A stretch of DNA of 64,000 nucleotides from Lepidodermella squamata. Taxonomy: Eukaryota > Animalia > Gastrotricha. The notes under the pieces were generated by a model, which did no database searches, was not told the origin of the DNA, and worked only from the letters and a program-made list of their open reading frames with translations. The translations under genes were made by a program, and so were the position numbers. Shown here one piece after another: positions 35,237 through 48,900 of the stretch. The stretch is taken from positions 3,038,001 through 3,102,000 of the forward strand of contig JBLDXI010000003.1 in assembly GCA_047495785.1 (NCBI GenBank). The letters are read 5' to 3'. How positions within the stretch are numbered: the stretch's first letter is position 1; each line of letters starts with the position of its first letter.

Positions 35237-38200
35237 TCACACGCTGCACATGAAATCTTGGAATGACTTGTCGGTGGAAATTGTGTCCAGCCTCAACTGA
35301 CTCGCCGTGGAATAATACCTTGAAAAAATTTCAAAAAATTCCAAAAAATTCAGAATAAATTAGCGACTCACTTAAGGTAAGAAACATCGGTAGAAATTTC
35401 TTGACGAAGAGCAGATTGTTGGCTCCAGCTGCTGAGCTGGCTTCCCAAGGCAATGACGAAAATTCGCGACCTAGCCGCCACGTTTCCAACCGATTTGCGA
35501 GCGGCAATTAGCGAGGCGCCACGTTTAGCTGTCGTTAGATAGACAGTCCTATAGCCACCTGCCCCAGAAGCCGAAGCTGGCAGATTTTTGTTGATAGTAT
35601 CGAAAAGTTGAACCAGATCGTCATTCAAGGCCTGAAAAAATAATTTGAAATTTGAAATTTTGAGATTTTTTGATATTTTGCAAATCAAAATTTAGATTTT
35701 TAGAATTTATTAAATAATATAAAATTAACAAATTTTAAATTTTAAATTTTAAAAAGTTATTTCAAATTAATTAATTTTTTGAAAATTTATTGCATTTTTT
35801 ACAGTTGTTAAAAATGTACATTTGTGAAGAGAAGGACGTTGGTCTCAACATAAGTGCTCCAGCTCGCAATCGCCTGGTCATTAGCGGTGTTATCAGAGAC
35901 AGTATTCGACTGATAGGTGTAGTTCCTCGAACCAACCGCAACACCGCCGATTTCAAACGAAGCCGTATCAGCCCGGCCGCCTGGTCTCAGGTTCGGATCG
36001 GTCAACTGGTGGAAATTGCCGGGGATAGATTTCAGGAAATTATTGACCTGAACCAACTCAGGCCGGCGGAAGCCTTCGATCTCTTGCAGGTCAATCGCAA
36101 AGTTCATTGTGACCTTGGCCGGGCACTGGCGCTTCGGAACTAGGTCACACGTCGGCGATGCGGACCACTGACCCGGCGCCGAGCATTGAATAGCCGGGTA
36201 TTTATTAGGCTGATAGCCGTCATTGCAAGAATACAGTGCCATGTCGCCGACAATGCTGAAGTTAGTCTCGATAGGCACTGTGCTGTAGACGACAATAGCG
36301 TTGGCGACGGTGGGGACTGGCCCGCAAGTTGACCCAGTGCTCGGGCGGGGTTCGCAACGGGGTGGCGTAGTCCATGACCCGGTTTCGGTGCATTCGACCC
36401 GGGAAAGGCCTCGCAGGATGAAATTCGGCCGGCAGTTGTAGATGCCATAGCTCGATACGTCACTTCGATCTTCGTTGAAATTCGCCTCGGCAATGACAGC
36501 ATTAGCAACCTGAGGTAGGGCTCCACAAGTCATCTCTAAAATAAAAAAAAAGTATTAAAAATTTGTAGATTTAATAAATTTCTAAAAAATATTCTTAATA
36601 AATCTGATTTATTAAGAATATTTTTTAGAAATTATTGAAATTTTTTGATTAATTAAAAAAATTAAAGCCTTACTTGTGCAAGTTGGAACAAGTTGCCAGG
36701 TCAAAGATCGGTCGTCACACGTGACTACAGCGCTGCCGTAGAGCCTGTAACCCGGGTTGCAAATGTAGGTCAGGGTATCGCCAGGCGAGCTGGAAACATC
36801 GTTCGCGAATGATCGACCCTGAATGCGGCCGTTATCAATTTGCCTCGGCTCGCCACAACTTCTCGAACCTTTTTATCAATAAAATAGTGTTTTCGTATAA
36901 AATGCCAATTATTTTCTTACCTCTGTTAACTGCCGGTCTGCAAACAGGTTGTTCAGTCCAGGTAGCGTCGTACGAACAGCTGATCACGTTTTTACCCATC
37001 ATGACATAACCACTGAAATTAAAAAAATCGTAAAAATCCGCCTTAATAAAAATTGAATTTATCTCACATATTGCAGGCGTATTCAATTCGGTCACCCACT
37101 GTGGCTTGATTGCCTTCGAAGGTGCGTGTGACCTCTTGCCCGAATGAAATAACAGAGGGCGGGGTGCACTTGCCAGATGGCGCCAGGGTGAAGACAGGCT
37201 GTCGTGGGACAGCAGGGCCCAAAGTAGGCGGCAAGAGAGATCGAACTAAAATTTTAAAATTTTAAACAAATTTCAATAAAATTTCGATTTTTTTTACGTA
37301 TGCAGTTAGGTGTTGGGGACCAGTTTAAGGTAGCGCGATCGCAATAGACCGGATTTGTGCCAACATTAGGTTCGATGGCATAGCCCTCGTTGCAGTAGTA
37401 CAGGACGCGGTCTCCTGGCCTGCTCTCGATCGTCCGATATTGAAACGAAGCGAACTCGATATTGCCGTTATCGATAAGCTTCGGAGCGCCGCAAGTTTGC
37501 GGAACCGTGACGTCGGGCGATAGGGTGTAGGCATAGGTCGTAGTTTCCGGTTCAGTGATCGGAACTTCATCGCCCGGAATGCAGGTCGGCTCCAGGGTCC
37601 AACGGCCGTCGAACAGGCACACCATAGTCGCTTTCCGGTTCAACGGCCTGTAACCCGGGTTGCACAGGTAAGACACGCGGTCGCCATCGCGGGCCGGGCG
37701 GTCGGCGGCGAAAGTTTGATTGAAAATAACCGCGTTTTCGATTTGAGGCGGCGGCGGGCAAGAGTTGACCTCGCAAGTTGGGACAAGCGACCATTGCTGA
37801 TCTTCGTTGCAGATAATAATTTCAGGGCCCTGCAGCGTGAATCCAGACCGGCATTTGTAACGAACAATTGACCTGATTTCACTTCGCTCATTCGTGAAAT
37901 TTGTATAGATTACAATGCCGTTTAAAACGATAGGAGCGCCGCCGCAACTCGCTGAAATTTTCAAAAAAATGATTTTTCTCAATTTTATTAAGGTGGACTA
38001 ACGATTCGGGTCGCAATACGGGGCAGGTGTCCAGGTGCCATTTGTTTGACAGGTTATTGAGTCGTATGACGAGCCCATATGAAACCCAATATCGCACTCA
38101 TAGGTGACTAGATCGGTCCATTTAAGGCGGCTGGTTACGTAAGACCGGCTGGCTATAGTTCCGTTCGAAATTACAGGCGGTTCGCCGCAGGCTGAAGCGA

Positions 38201-38799
38201 GAACGCCCTTATGATCTAAATTTTAAGAAAATTTAAAGAAAATTCACTGACATTTTTGGTGATTTTACCGCATGAGGGGAGGCCTGACCAAATGCCATCG
38301 CCAAGACAGGTAATAATGTCACTATTGCGTAGGGTGAGTCCAACTTTACACGCGTATTTGACCGTGGAACCGGTGAGGCTCTGGTCACCATAGAAGTCCT
38401 GTGAAATGATAACCGAACCCTCGACCATCGGCGCACTGCCGCATGTCATGAGGCAGACAGGCAAATGCGTCCACTGTTCGATATCCGGGTCGCACGTGAT
38501 CGTCGGATCGCCAATCATCAAATAGTTCATTATGCACGCATAGGTCACCGTGTCGCCCTGGACACTCTGCGTGCGATTGCGCAACGAATTAGCCGAAACA
38601 TAGGCGTAATCGACCTCTGGAATTTCGCCGCATGTCATCGGAACTAATTAGGTCGAAAAAATGCGATACAATTTTTTTTTGTTAATTAAGGCGGCTCACT
38701 TCTTATTGCAGCATTGACCTGCCGTTTATCCCGAACAGCGACACCCAGGGTGACGGGTAACAGTAGTAACAGGACACCAGCGAGCCGGTGCAGTTTCAT
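35237..38799 (-). CDS. Secreted protein: about 10 Sushi domains plus divergent C-terminal VWA
   Basis: Signal MKLHRLAGVLLLLLPVTLG; first six Sushi modules colinear with gene 12368-13955; MNFAID...RTVYLT...RIFVIALG; ends FQDFMCSV*. Confidence 0.87.
36577..36633. repeat. Perfect AT-rich palindrome (28-bp arms, 1-nt spacer) in an intron
   Basis: AATTTCTAAAAAATATTCTTAATAAATC-T-GATTTATTAAGAATATTTTTTAGAAATT. Confidence 0.9.
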
Positions 38800-39455
38800 G
38801 TCAAGGTTTGGTGCAAAGCGAATAAAAAATGGAATTCCCACAAAAGGGGTGAAAAAAACCAGCGTTTTTAGCGACAACGGGTTAGCCTCGAGGGCTTTTT
38901 AATGCGCGGCGGATGAAAACAATAGTGACCAAGTACTCTCGGCTGATTGCACCGGGGCAAGATGATGCGCGGTGGTCACTTGGGGCGCAACACTTGGCGG
39001 TTGGTTTTCGGCGCGCGGGGTGATTAAAAATTAACACGTCGGCGATTGCTCGGAAACAAAGCCAGGTCGCCAGGTGATGTTTTGTTAATTTATTTTATCC
39101 TCGCTACTTGTGCGCATGTCATCATTATTTGTACACACCCTGTGTGTTGTTTTGCAACGCGCACAGCACGTCGCGCGGCCATGGCAGCGGCGCTTCTTCG
39201 CCGGCAAGATGACCACTCGCCCGTCTTACTTGCAATAATAACACCAAAACCGATAAATCCGCACGCAACGGCAAAACATCGCCTGGTCCCAATTGACATT
39301 TTATTTTTCTAATATAATTGCGATAGACATGAAAGTAAAAACGGATAAGATAAAAAGAACAAGGTAGACAGAGCGCGGGAGGAAAGTTGTGATCACATCT
39401 ACAATATATTCGACATAATATTTTGATTTTTTGGAAATTTTTATAGAAGCCTATA

Positions 39456-39836
39456 CCGTAACGCGGGGTAACCTTTGCAACGATAAAATTCTCCGTCTTA
39501 CCAGCTTTCGAATGAATTGAAGCTCAACGTAATCGGAGCTATGAACGATTTTTGAAAGAATTATATTAATCGGAAAAAATCGAATTGACCTAAAGTAGCG
39601 AAATCGAACAATTTGGACAATAAAAACATTAAAAAAACAGGTCACAACTTTTTTGAAAATTGCTTCCGAAGAGTCGTAAGACAGTTTGTCGAATTTCCGA
39701 AAAATTGTCAAAAATCAGATAAAATCATAAAATTACCAAAATTAGCAAACCAATCAGAAATGTTTCCCACATTGGTCCAAAATATCCAATTTTTCAAGAA
39801 AATCCTGTTTTCGTCCAAAGTTACCCAACGTTACGG
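39456..39836. mobile_element. pogo/Tc2-like MITE
   Basis: TIRs CCGTAACGCGGGGTAAC / GTTACCCAACGTTACGG; TA on both flanks. Confidence 0.7.
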
Positions 39837-39944
39837 TATATTATCATTTGCTTCGGATTTCAACTGAAAAATGTGTTGAACATAACAAAAAATATCACAT
39901 TTTTTTTCTAACCGAGATTGATCTAGTCACTAATTGCTAATCAT

Positions 39945-42900
39945 CTATTTAGGTCCACAGAAATAGTTCTGAAACGCGGCGTCTGATGAAAGAGCGTCGA
40001 CGGTCATTTGCTTCGCCGTTGGAAAATAGCGGAAATATGATATATCCGATGCCACCTGTTGCCTGAGCGCGGTTTGTTGTGTTGTTGCGGCTATTGCGTC
40101 TCCGACTGCGAACACGAATATCCGGCCGCCCATAAGCTGTAATGCTGTAGCTTCGCCCTGGGCCTCGACTAGGGACGTGCCGCGACGTGTGTTGGTTAGA
40201 TAGACAATTCTGAGGCTGGTGTTGTAGTCTTTAGCTTCGATTGGCAGAACTGGGACGACATTAGTTCGAATGGTCTGGAGCAATTTTGCCAAATCGTCAT
40301 TCAAAGCCTTTAAAAAAACAGGCAATAAATTAAGCAATTTTTCTATAAAATTCTGACCGGAATTGAAATAGAAAATGAACAAAATTACCTTTCATTAATT
40401 CCTAAACCAGTTTTATAAGACCTTATAGATTTTATAAGGTCCATTTTTTCAAGGTGATCTCAGGTGAACCTAATTTTTATAATTTTTCGCTCAAAATTTA
40501 AAATTGAATTTCCCAGTCTCAAATTTTTTCGAAATTTAGCGAGAATGCCGAATATTGAGGCATTGTTTTTTTCCGATTTTCTTTCAAAAAATGATCAAAA
40601 ATTTTTACGTTTTTGAATTCAGCAACATTTGTATCCATCCAGTCATTCCATTCTGAAAGCGGGCCAACATTGCTGTTGCTTTGATCAGTAACAGTCACGG
40701 CTTTCGAAACGTAAGTCCGAGACGCTACCATGCCAGCCAGAGTGACTGCACCCGCCGAAAACGACGTTGTATCCGGCGTTGCAGCTCCCTTCGCATCGGT
40801 CAATTTTCGGTAGTTGGCCGGGACTGATTTCAAGAAATTCAACACGCTTTGCATCTCGGCTCTCGTAAAACCATCCGACTCTTGTAGATCAAGGGCGAAA
40901 ATCAAACTCATGGTTGGCGAACATCGGAAACGCTCTGAAAAAATATGTTAAGACACCAATTTGAGAGGAAACAAAACTTATTACTGATAGGACTGCACAA
41001 CGGCTGGCCAGACCAGCCTTTCGCGAAGCACTGAATAGCCGGGTAGCTGGTCAGCTGATAGCCCTCCAAGCACTGGTACCAAACAAGATCGCCGGGTATG
41101 CTGAAGTTTGAATTAGTCGGGACTGTATTGACAACAGCAACGGCGTTAGCTACGACAGGGACGGGTCCACATGTCGGGCCCGTGGTAGGCCGGGCTTCGC
41201 AACGCGGGGGAGCTGTCCAGCCGCCGGACCCCAGGCACTCAATGCGAGTGGTTCCTTTCAGGACGAAACCGCTGTTACAGGCGTAGATAACGTAACTCGT
41301 CACGTCGCTAGCATTTCCGACAAAATTTGACTCGATCGCCTTGCCGTTTTCAACATCAGGAACGGCGCCACATGACACCTCTAAAATCATTAAAAAAAAT
41401 ATAAAAAATAATGCGCGAAAGTCGAAATTGAATTTACGAGAGGAGATTGATTCGCATCTCGGTAATGAAGACCATTTTCCATTCTCCAAGCACGTGACTT
41501 GAGGGTTGCCTAGCAATTTGAACCCGGTTGAACATGCGTAGGTCACTTGGCTGCCGGCAACACTAGGGCCCCGATACGGCTGACTGATGAAGCCTTTGTT
41601 CACAGGAGGAGGCGCACCACACGTATCGGCTGAAAAAATTGAAAAACATTTAAAAATTCTCATTTTAATAATTATGGCAATAAGTAATTATGGCTAATTT
41701 AATAGTGAAATTCAATAAAATTAATTTTTAACGTATTTCTTGAATTTTTAAATTATTTAAATATTTAAAATATGAAACTTAAAATTTATTTTCAATTTTT
41801 TGAATTTTTGAATTTTGAATTTTTAGCCTCACTTACTCAATGTGTATTTGCATCTCGGCGCCGGAGTCCAACTTCCCGTTGCTAAGCAACGAACCGCATT
41901 CGAGCCTTCGATATCAAACCCGTTGAGACACTCGTACCATACAATGTCATTCGTTAGCGCCTGCGAATTGCCTAAAATTGTCGTGAATGTCACTCGCGAA
42001 TTTTCAACTTTCGGCGCCAGCCCGCAACCGGTCACAGTTCCGGTCGCGCGGCACTGCGGTGCCGGGGTCCAAGTGCCGGATGCCGTGCATGTTGAATCAT
42101 CCGTTGCCGTGGTCGCCGAGAACCCGGTATTGCATCGGTATCGCACAAAATCGCCAGCGACGGGCTTAGCATTGTCCTGATACGATTTCGAGTAAATCAC
42201 GGCATTATCAACGTCAGCGGGCGGGTTGCAGCTCGCGCCTGATGCTGATGCAAAAATATTAAGGTGGCTAAAAATTGCTGCGAAAAATGTGGCATTACCT
42301 GGTACGCAACTAGGCATTGGTGACCAGGAGGAATTCGATTGGCAGGTCACGACTTCTCGGCCCTGAACTTGGTAGCCGGCCAGGCAACTCAGCCAAACGA
42401 CGTCACCTTCTAAAGCATTCGCGTCTCGCTGACTCTTGAAAACAACTCGGGCGTTTTCGACGGTGGGTAAATCGCCACAAGAGGCAGCTTTGATAAGAAA
42501 AGAACAATCAAAACGTTTTGCGTATTTCGAATATTTTTAAAAATTATTTTGAATTTTTAGAAAATTCTACAGTTTTTGAAAATCTCATTAATCTTCAAAG
42601 ATTTTAGATGTGAACAATTTTGAAAAAATAAAAATCTGAAATATTACAGAAAAAATCATAATATTATAACCAAGTCTTACATTGTTTGACACATGCTGGC
42701 AAAGGCGACCAGTTAGATCCGTCGCATTTGATGAAAGAAATGCCATTTGCTAGGGTGAAGCCGCTGTCGCAGGTGTAGAACACGCGGTCGTCCAATGTGC
42801 CGGTATCAGCGGAAAAGGTCTTGCCGCTGACTTTGCCGTTAGGAATTGTGGGAACGGCGCCACAAGACTTGCGAACTTCGCACTTGGGAGGATCTGTCCA

Positions 42901-45900
42901 CGTTCCATCAGCCGCACACTATAAGAAAAAATGAACAATATTTGATTTTTGTTAGCCAATCCATTGAAACGATTTTCAGAGTCTGAATTAAGGCAGCATA
43001 TTATTTTCAATTTTCAATTATTTTGTTATTGAGAGGCGATGTCTGTCCATTCAGTTAAACATGTCTCAAACAATAATAATTCAAACAAATTATGTGGCTC
43101 GAGAAATTCCTGCAAATTCACTAATTTTTAATTTTAAATGATTGTAGGAAGACATTTCTTGAGAATGATAACTGCGAAAGAATGGCTTTACGTTAGGAAG
43201 TAACCTCTCTTATCGCAATGGTGGGAGAACAAGTCAGGATGGCCGAGCGGTCTAAGGCGCCAGACTCAAGATCTGGTCCTCGAAAGAGGGCGTGGGTTCG
43301 AACCCCACTTCTGACATGATTTTTTATTTTTCCTTTTTTTATTTTTATTTTTATTTCAAATTTCAAATACAACTCAAATGCGATTTCTCATATACACCGG
43401 GTCATAGACAGGTCATAGGAAAATCGCGCACATAAAATCAAAACGTCGCGCAAAACAGAAAGGAGTACCCTAATTAAACAATGCGCGACGCTTTTAATTA
43501 TTATCTTTCAACTCTTATTTCAAATTTTGAGCGTAAGAATCAATTAATAAATAATAAATTACTCAATTTTGATTAAAATTAACTTCGTTTATGGCAATGC
43601 ATACCATGCATACCAAACTACTGCCAATGATGAAAAATTCCACTAACCTGAACGTAGTTATTTCGCGTCGTCAACAAGTAGCCTTCCAAGCATTCATACA
43701 TGACCAAACTGCCGCCAACCGGTGTTGTATCGTAACTTTTGTAAATAACAGCCGAATTCGCAACAGACGGCGGTGCCAAGCACAGAGTCTGCGGAATATC
43801 CGACGCTTTCAAACACCTCGGCAAAGTCGACCAGCGGCCCGTGTCCTGGCAAACCGCCGTCGAAGGCACGGTATTCACGACAAAGCCTTCATTACACCGG
43901 AAGAAAACTCGCGAACCAACAACCGACTTGGCATTCGAAAAATCAGAATAAAGCGCCTGGCCGTTGTCGATTTGAGGCGCGGCGCCACATGTCGACACGC
44001 TTGACCGCACACAGCGCGGGGCTAGCGACCAGCCAGACGCGCCGCACGTCACAACGGGCGATCCTTCAATCCGCCACGATTCGGCGCATTGAAACGTGAT
44101 TGTATCACCCAATTTCGGCACGGAATTCATCGCGGTTTGCGTTGAGATGAACCCGTTAGTTACCACGGGTAGTACCGAGCATGACGACGACCGGGTACAA
44201 GTAGGAATCGCCGACCATTTCAACGGGCTGGACGAGCAAACAACCTGCCGATCGCCGTTCATTTGATAACCGTCGTTACACATGAAAAACACGGTATCGC
44301 CCAAACCGCCGTTTGACGGCGTCCCGGTGATGTATTGGGTGTAGATAACCCGGCCGTTGTCGATGGTCGGCGTCGCCCCGCATGAATCTACCTTATTCGA
44401 GCCGATACCGCCAGCGGCTGAGGCTTGAATCCCGTCTAGCGGCTCGCAGTTCGCGGTTTGCGACCAACTGCCGTTAGCCTGGCAAGTTATGACAACATAA
44501 GCCGCGTCCTGGACTTGGAAACCCGGTTCGCACTGGTAAAAGGCCTTATCATCGGGGATACTGGTCGCGTCAAACGTTTTCACGGTTAATTTCGCGTTTC
44601 TCAAGTTAGGCGCAGCGCCACATCCCGCCGGGATACAAGTCGGGGCTAAAGTCCAAGTTCCGGCTGGTTTTTGGCAGGTAACGGCGTTGATTCTCGGATC
44701 AGCCAACGCGAAGCCTAATTTGCATAGGTAAATGACTGACGTCGCGTTGACCGAGGCGATGAAGCCGTTTTCGATACTCGGCGGGGGTCGGCATGGGGCG
44801 AAGTTAATGGCTTGGATCGATCTGGCGCAAATCGGTAATTTCGACCAGCCATCCGGGGTGCAAATTACCGTATCAATCGAGGTGACATCGAATTGATACC
44901 CGGAGTTGCATTGGTACTGCAAAATAGTTCCGATCGGGTATTTTTCGAGACTCGACGAAATTTGGGTGACTAGCAAGGCGTTAGCAACGGGCTGAATCGG
45001 GCCGCAAGATGAGTCTTGGTCTAGATTCAGCTGTTCAATCGGGGCTGCGAGTGGCAGCTCGCGTAGAGGCTGGTTTATAACTTTTTGGGTTGTGGCCGGG
45101 GTGGTTTTCGGTGTGGTTGAGGTTGGCTTGACGACTATTACTGGCTGGGCGTCGATGTTCATCCGATTTCCGACGTCGTTGTTGTCATTTGCGGCGTTGT
45201 TTGTGCTTCGGGAGCAACTCGGCATCACGCTCCAAGTACGGGATGTTTCGTCACCTGAGCATGTCACAGTCTCAGGGCCAACCAAAGCGTAACCCGTATC
45301 ACAAGAATCTGCAATAAAAGTTGAATAAATCTGGGAAATTTTGTGAAATTTCAAAAACAGTTATTAAAAAAGCTTTTTGGGTGTACCAATTCTAGACCCT
45401 AAATTTAGGGACTCTCATTTTAAAGTTTCTGATCCTGTTTCCAGGTGTTTTCTTTGTTTGCGCGACTTTGGGGCACGCTTTATCAAGAAACTGGATGAAT
45501 TTAGAGCAAGAACACCGGAACCTCAATTTTAACGCAAGTGATGTTAAGTACCGGATGCAGAGCTATTGATCTACATAATAATTTTCTCGCGCCGTCGAAC
45601 CATTTTTTGCAAATGCTAAATATAGTAACAAAATCTTCGATGTATAGTGATTTGCTGTAAATCTAAAGCTAAAAATAGAACATGTTGCTATTTTTGGCAC
45701 TGCAAAAAATGGTTCGACGGTGCGAGAAAATTATTATGTAGATCAATAGCTCTGCATCCGGTACTTAACATCCCTTGTTTTAACGATGACGATTTTCCTT
45801 CACTTTGAAATTTTCTTAAAATCAAATTTGAACTTCAAACTTACAATAAAGAGTATCTCCTGGTCCTCCGAAGCGTGAATTTCCGCTCTTGAAAACAGAC

Positions 45901-48900
45901 GATACCATTCGCCCATTTGCTATAGCTGGGGCTGGTCCGCAAGTTTTATCCGAGCATTTTGGAACATTTCTCCAAGCTACTGGAGGTCCAGCTGAACACT
46001 CAGCCACGCCATTATTATCAGTATCAACCATGACATAACCATCCAAGCATTGATAGTAAACCTTATCACCAGGCATAGCCATGTTCACGCCGAGGTCGCT
46101 GTTTTTGAACTCGGATCTGACTTTGTTGCTGTAGGAGACATCTGGAGGTTTCCCGCAGTACCCACTTGGGACGGTATCGGGGGAGTTAGGCTTAGCACGG
46201 CAAGTTGGCGGGGAGGTCCAAGCTACAGCATCAACGCTACCCTCACACCAGACCCTGCCAGCTCCAACGAGCTCATAGCCAGAATTGCAGGCGTAAATCA
46301 CGTAATCGCCAAGTTCGAACTGACCTGACGTGCCGAGGTTAGTTTGATCGATACGGCCGAATCGAATCGTAGGCGGGAATTCGCACATGACAGGCACGTC
46401 ACTCCTTTGATCGGGTATGCAAGTCGGTAAAGCAGACCAATCGCCGGTGCTGGAACATGTCACTCGAGTTGGGCCTGATAACACGTAGCCTCGATTGCAT
46501 TTGTAGGTCAACACACTGTCATTAGTCGCGACCGACTCAAAGTTCTGACTCAACAAATGGCCATTGCTTATTGCGATAGTCGGGCTAGGGCAAAATGGTG
46601 ACTTGGTCGTGGTTCGACCTGGCACGTTCAATGCAACACATTGAGGCGGAGATGACCATTGGTTGTTGTTTTGGCAGAAGATTATATTCAGTCCCAACAT
46701 TCGGTAATTAGCGTTACAGGCGTATTCAGTTGAGTCCAAGAAGATTGTCATGTTATTTGATAAGGTTTGCCGGGTGATCGAGCCGTTATCGATTCGAGGA
46801 GCTGGGCCGCACTTCGATCGTTGATTTATAGGGACTGCGACAGTCGTGGTTGTAGCGACAACGGGCGGAGCGATGCAAAGCGGAAGTTGGGTCCATCGCC
46901 AAGAGTTCAGACAGGTGATAACGGGTTTGCTATCTGAGCTCATCATATAACCGGACATGCAAGTATATTCTACGGTATCTCCAACAACCGCGTAGTTTTT
47001 GAAGGATCGCTTGGTAACAACAGCATTCGGTACTCCAGGACCATTCGAGCCACAAGAAGCTGAAAATCATTAAACTTTCAAACTTTCTGAAACTTTTGAA
47101 CACAAAACCAGTGGATGAAGACGGATTCTCAAGGTGGGGGAGTACGGGTGGGTATTTTCAGCCCCTTATTTATCTGAATCTGACCAAATGGTCCCTCTGT
47201 GGTTTTTTTGCCTGGACCTCTTGAGGTTACCCCCTCATATTAACCCCCTTTCTCCCCCTCTCTCCCACTACCCCCATTCTTCCCCGTCCTGTGCTTCGCA
47301 CGCTGCAAATACATACCTATGCACGTTGGTTGGGCCGTCCATTTGCTATTTTTGCATTCGACCAGGTCTTTCCCGTTGAGAACAAAGCCAGCGTTACAGC
47401 TGTAGAAGATGAAATCGTCTCCGTTCGATAGACCCCCAGTTGGGACCGATGAAGCGGCTACAAATCCATTCTGAACGGTAGGCACAGGTCCGCAAGATCT
47501 GATATCGCCATCGCAAGTCGGAGCGACGGACCACTGAAGCCTTTCGAAGTCGCAAGAAACACTGGCATTGCCCTTCAAGACAAAGTAGCCAAGATCTGTG
47601 CGACAACTGTAGATTACTCGATCATTCGGGCCGCCGTTAGTTCCACTAAATGATTTTGAAAGAATGACGCCGTTGGCAACATTCGGCGGGGGTCCGCATG
47701 AGTTGGGGCTGCAAGTCGGAGCAACAGACCATTTACCATCGCTTCCGCAAATCACAGTGTCTGTTCCTCGGATTTGCTGGCCCAACTGACAAGCGTAACG
47801 AGCAGTTGATCCCGGAACACTGGCGTCAGCTTTGAAAGTTTGAAAATCCACCCGAGCATTCGATACAACTGGAGGCAAGCCGCAGGTCACTGAATACAAC
47901 TTATTTTAAGAAAGACAACAACTTAATCAGATGATAACGTACCACAGCTCGGGGAGTTCGACCATTTGCCGTCATCTCCACAAACAATCGAATCTGAACC
48001 TGGAATTGGTTGGCCGCTATCACAAGCATAGCGAACAACGCTGGATGGTTGGCTGAATGTGTTGTTGAAGCTCTTCCACGTAACTCGGGCGTTCGAAACA
48101 GTTGGAGCAGGCCCGCAAGATCTGATGCATTCTGGAATCGGGGACCACGAGTAGTCACTTTGACAAGCCGTTGTGTCGAAGTCTTTGATAACATAGCCAT
48201 CAACGCATTGGTAGCGCACAGCATTTTGGAATCGCTGGGCGACAAACGCATTCGCAATTGACGGAGACTGGCCGCATGGAGATGGAACATTCGCGGGTGT
48301 CACAGATGGTTGAGTGGGCCGAGATGGCTGAGTGTTGGACACACAGACTGGCAGCGGTGTGGACCATCGCATAGACGGCAGGCACTGAACAGCCGTAGAG
48401 CTCCCAGGCGCGAATGAGAATCCGGTGATGCATCGGTAAGAAACGGAGTCGCCAGGGTTCGCTAGGGTGGTGAATGTTCGGGTCACAATAGCAGCATTCG
48501 CAATTACAGGCCCAGTACTACCGCAAGAAGCTAAAACATACAACAATAGAATCGAAACGTCGGAAGAATGTTTAAAGACTTACCGACGCAAGACGGGGGA
48601 GTAGACCATTTGTTATCCACGCAGGAAACGTAGTTGTTCCCTTGCAGTGTGTATCCTTCGTCACACTGATAAAACACGAAATCTCCGTTAGTTGAGCGTG
48701 TAACAATCGAGGATGTTGTCATAGCTCCATTTCTGACACCGGGAGGTAACCCGCAAGAATTAGCAGGCGCGGTGCCACCGCACGTCGGGGGAGCAGTCCA
48801 CCTTAAAGACTGAGCGTCACAGGTTATGGTGTTAGAGCCACTCATCGTGAAGCCATTGAGGCAGCTGTAGGTCACTGTTGCTCCTGCGACACTGTTGATG

